From Methanobacteriota archaeon (lineage in GTDB: Archaea; Thermoplasmatota; Poseidoniia; Poseidoniales; Thalassarchaeaceae), in contig JABIKU010000011.1 in assembly GCA_018654845.1 (NCBI GenBank), forward strand, positions 29,596 through 93,595: 64,000 bases of DNA, read 5' to 3'. Positions 63,999 through 64,000 of this stretch are shown here, piece after piece; positions within the stretch are counted from its first letter, which is position 1, and each line of letters starts with the position of its first letter. The position numbers and the translations under genes were made by a program. The notes under the pieces were generated by a model, which was not told where the DNA came from, did no database searches, and worked only from the letters and a program-made list of their open reading frames with translations.

Positions 63999-64000
63999 GG

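Overview
Gene-dense archaeal chromosome segment. Archaeal markers are aIF2-beta, aRF1, aTrm56, class I LysRS, archaeal PyrH, a NOG1 GTPase and a GfcR-like protein. Together with many bacterial-type metabolic genes and giant Ca-binding surface proteins, this best fits a marine Thermoplasmatota (Marine Group II/Poseidoniales, possibly MGIII); that assignment is inference. Layout: 5'-truncated XPD/Rad3 helicase; a pair of large surface-protein genes (981 aa and ~2970 aa, the latter a transglutaminase-like protein with an altered triad); tRNA-Leu(TAA); folB plus a pteridine-reductase-like SDR; a lipA-bkd(E1a,E1b,E2)-lpdA-lipB operon running on into a PLP C-S lyase-like gene, ubiX and an M28 peptidase; housekeeping genes (argS, aRF1, pyrH, NOG1, aIF2b, dut, lysS, carAB, trm56, folP). 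An unannotated 38-aa zinc-finger microprotein ORF lies at 30437-30553. The main find is a ~16.6 kb sulfur locus (45.3-61.9 kb): rhodanese <- palindromic operator -> ArsR regulator, tusA, dsrE2, dsrE3, lbpA, thioredoxin, shdrC1-B1-A-H, a shdrC2/B2-like fusion, etfBA, a membrane Fe-S oxidoreductase, a FeS-NrfD fusion, a Tat-less molybdoenzyme and tauE. This looks like a complete sHdr/LbpA-type sulfane-sulfur oxidation system in a lineage usually regarded as organoheterotrophic. I saw no rRNA, CRISPR array, transposase or integrase. Starts were adjusted from the ORF track where an internal ATG, RBS or homology fit better. All family calls come from motif recognition by eye; no database searches were run.
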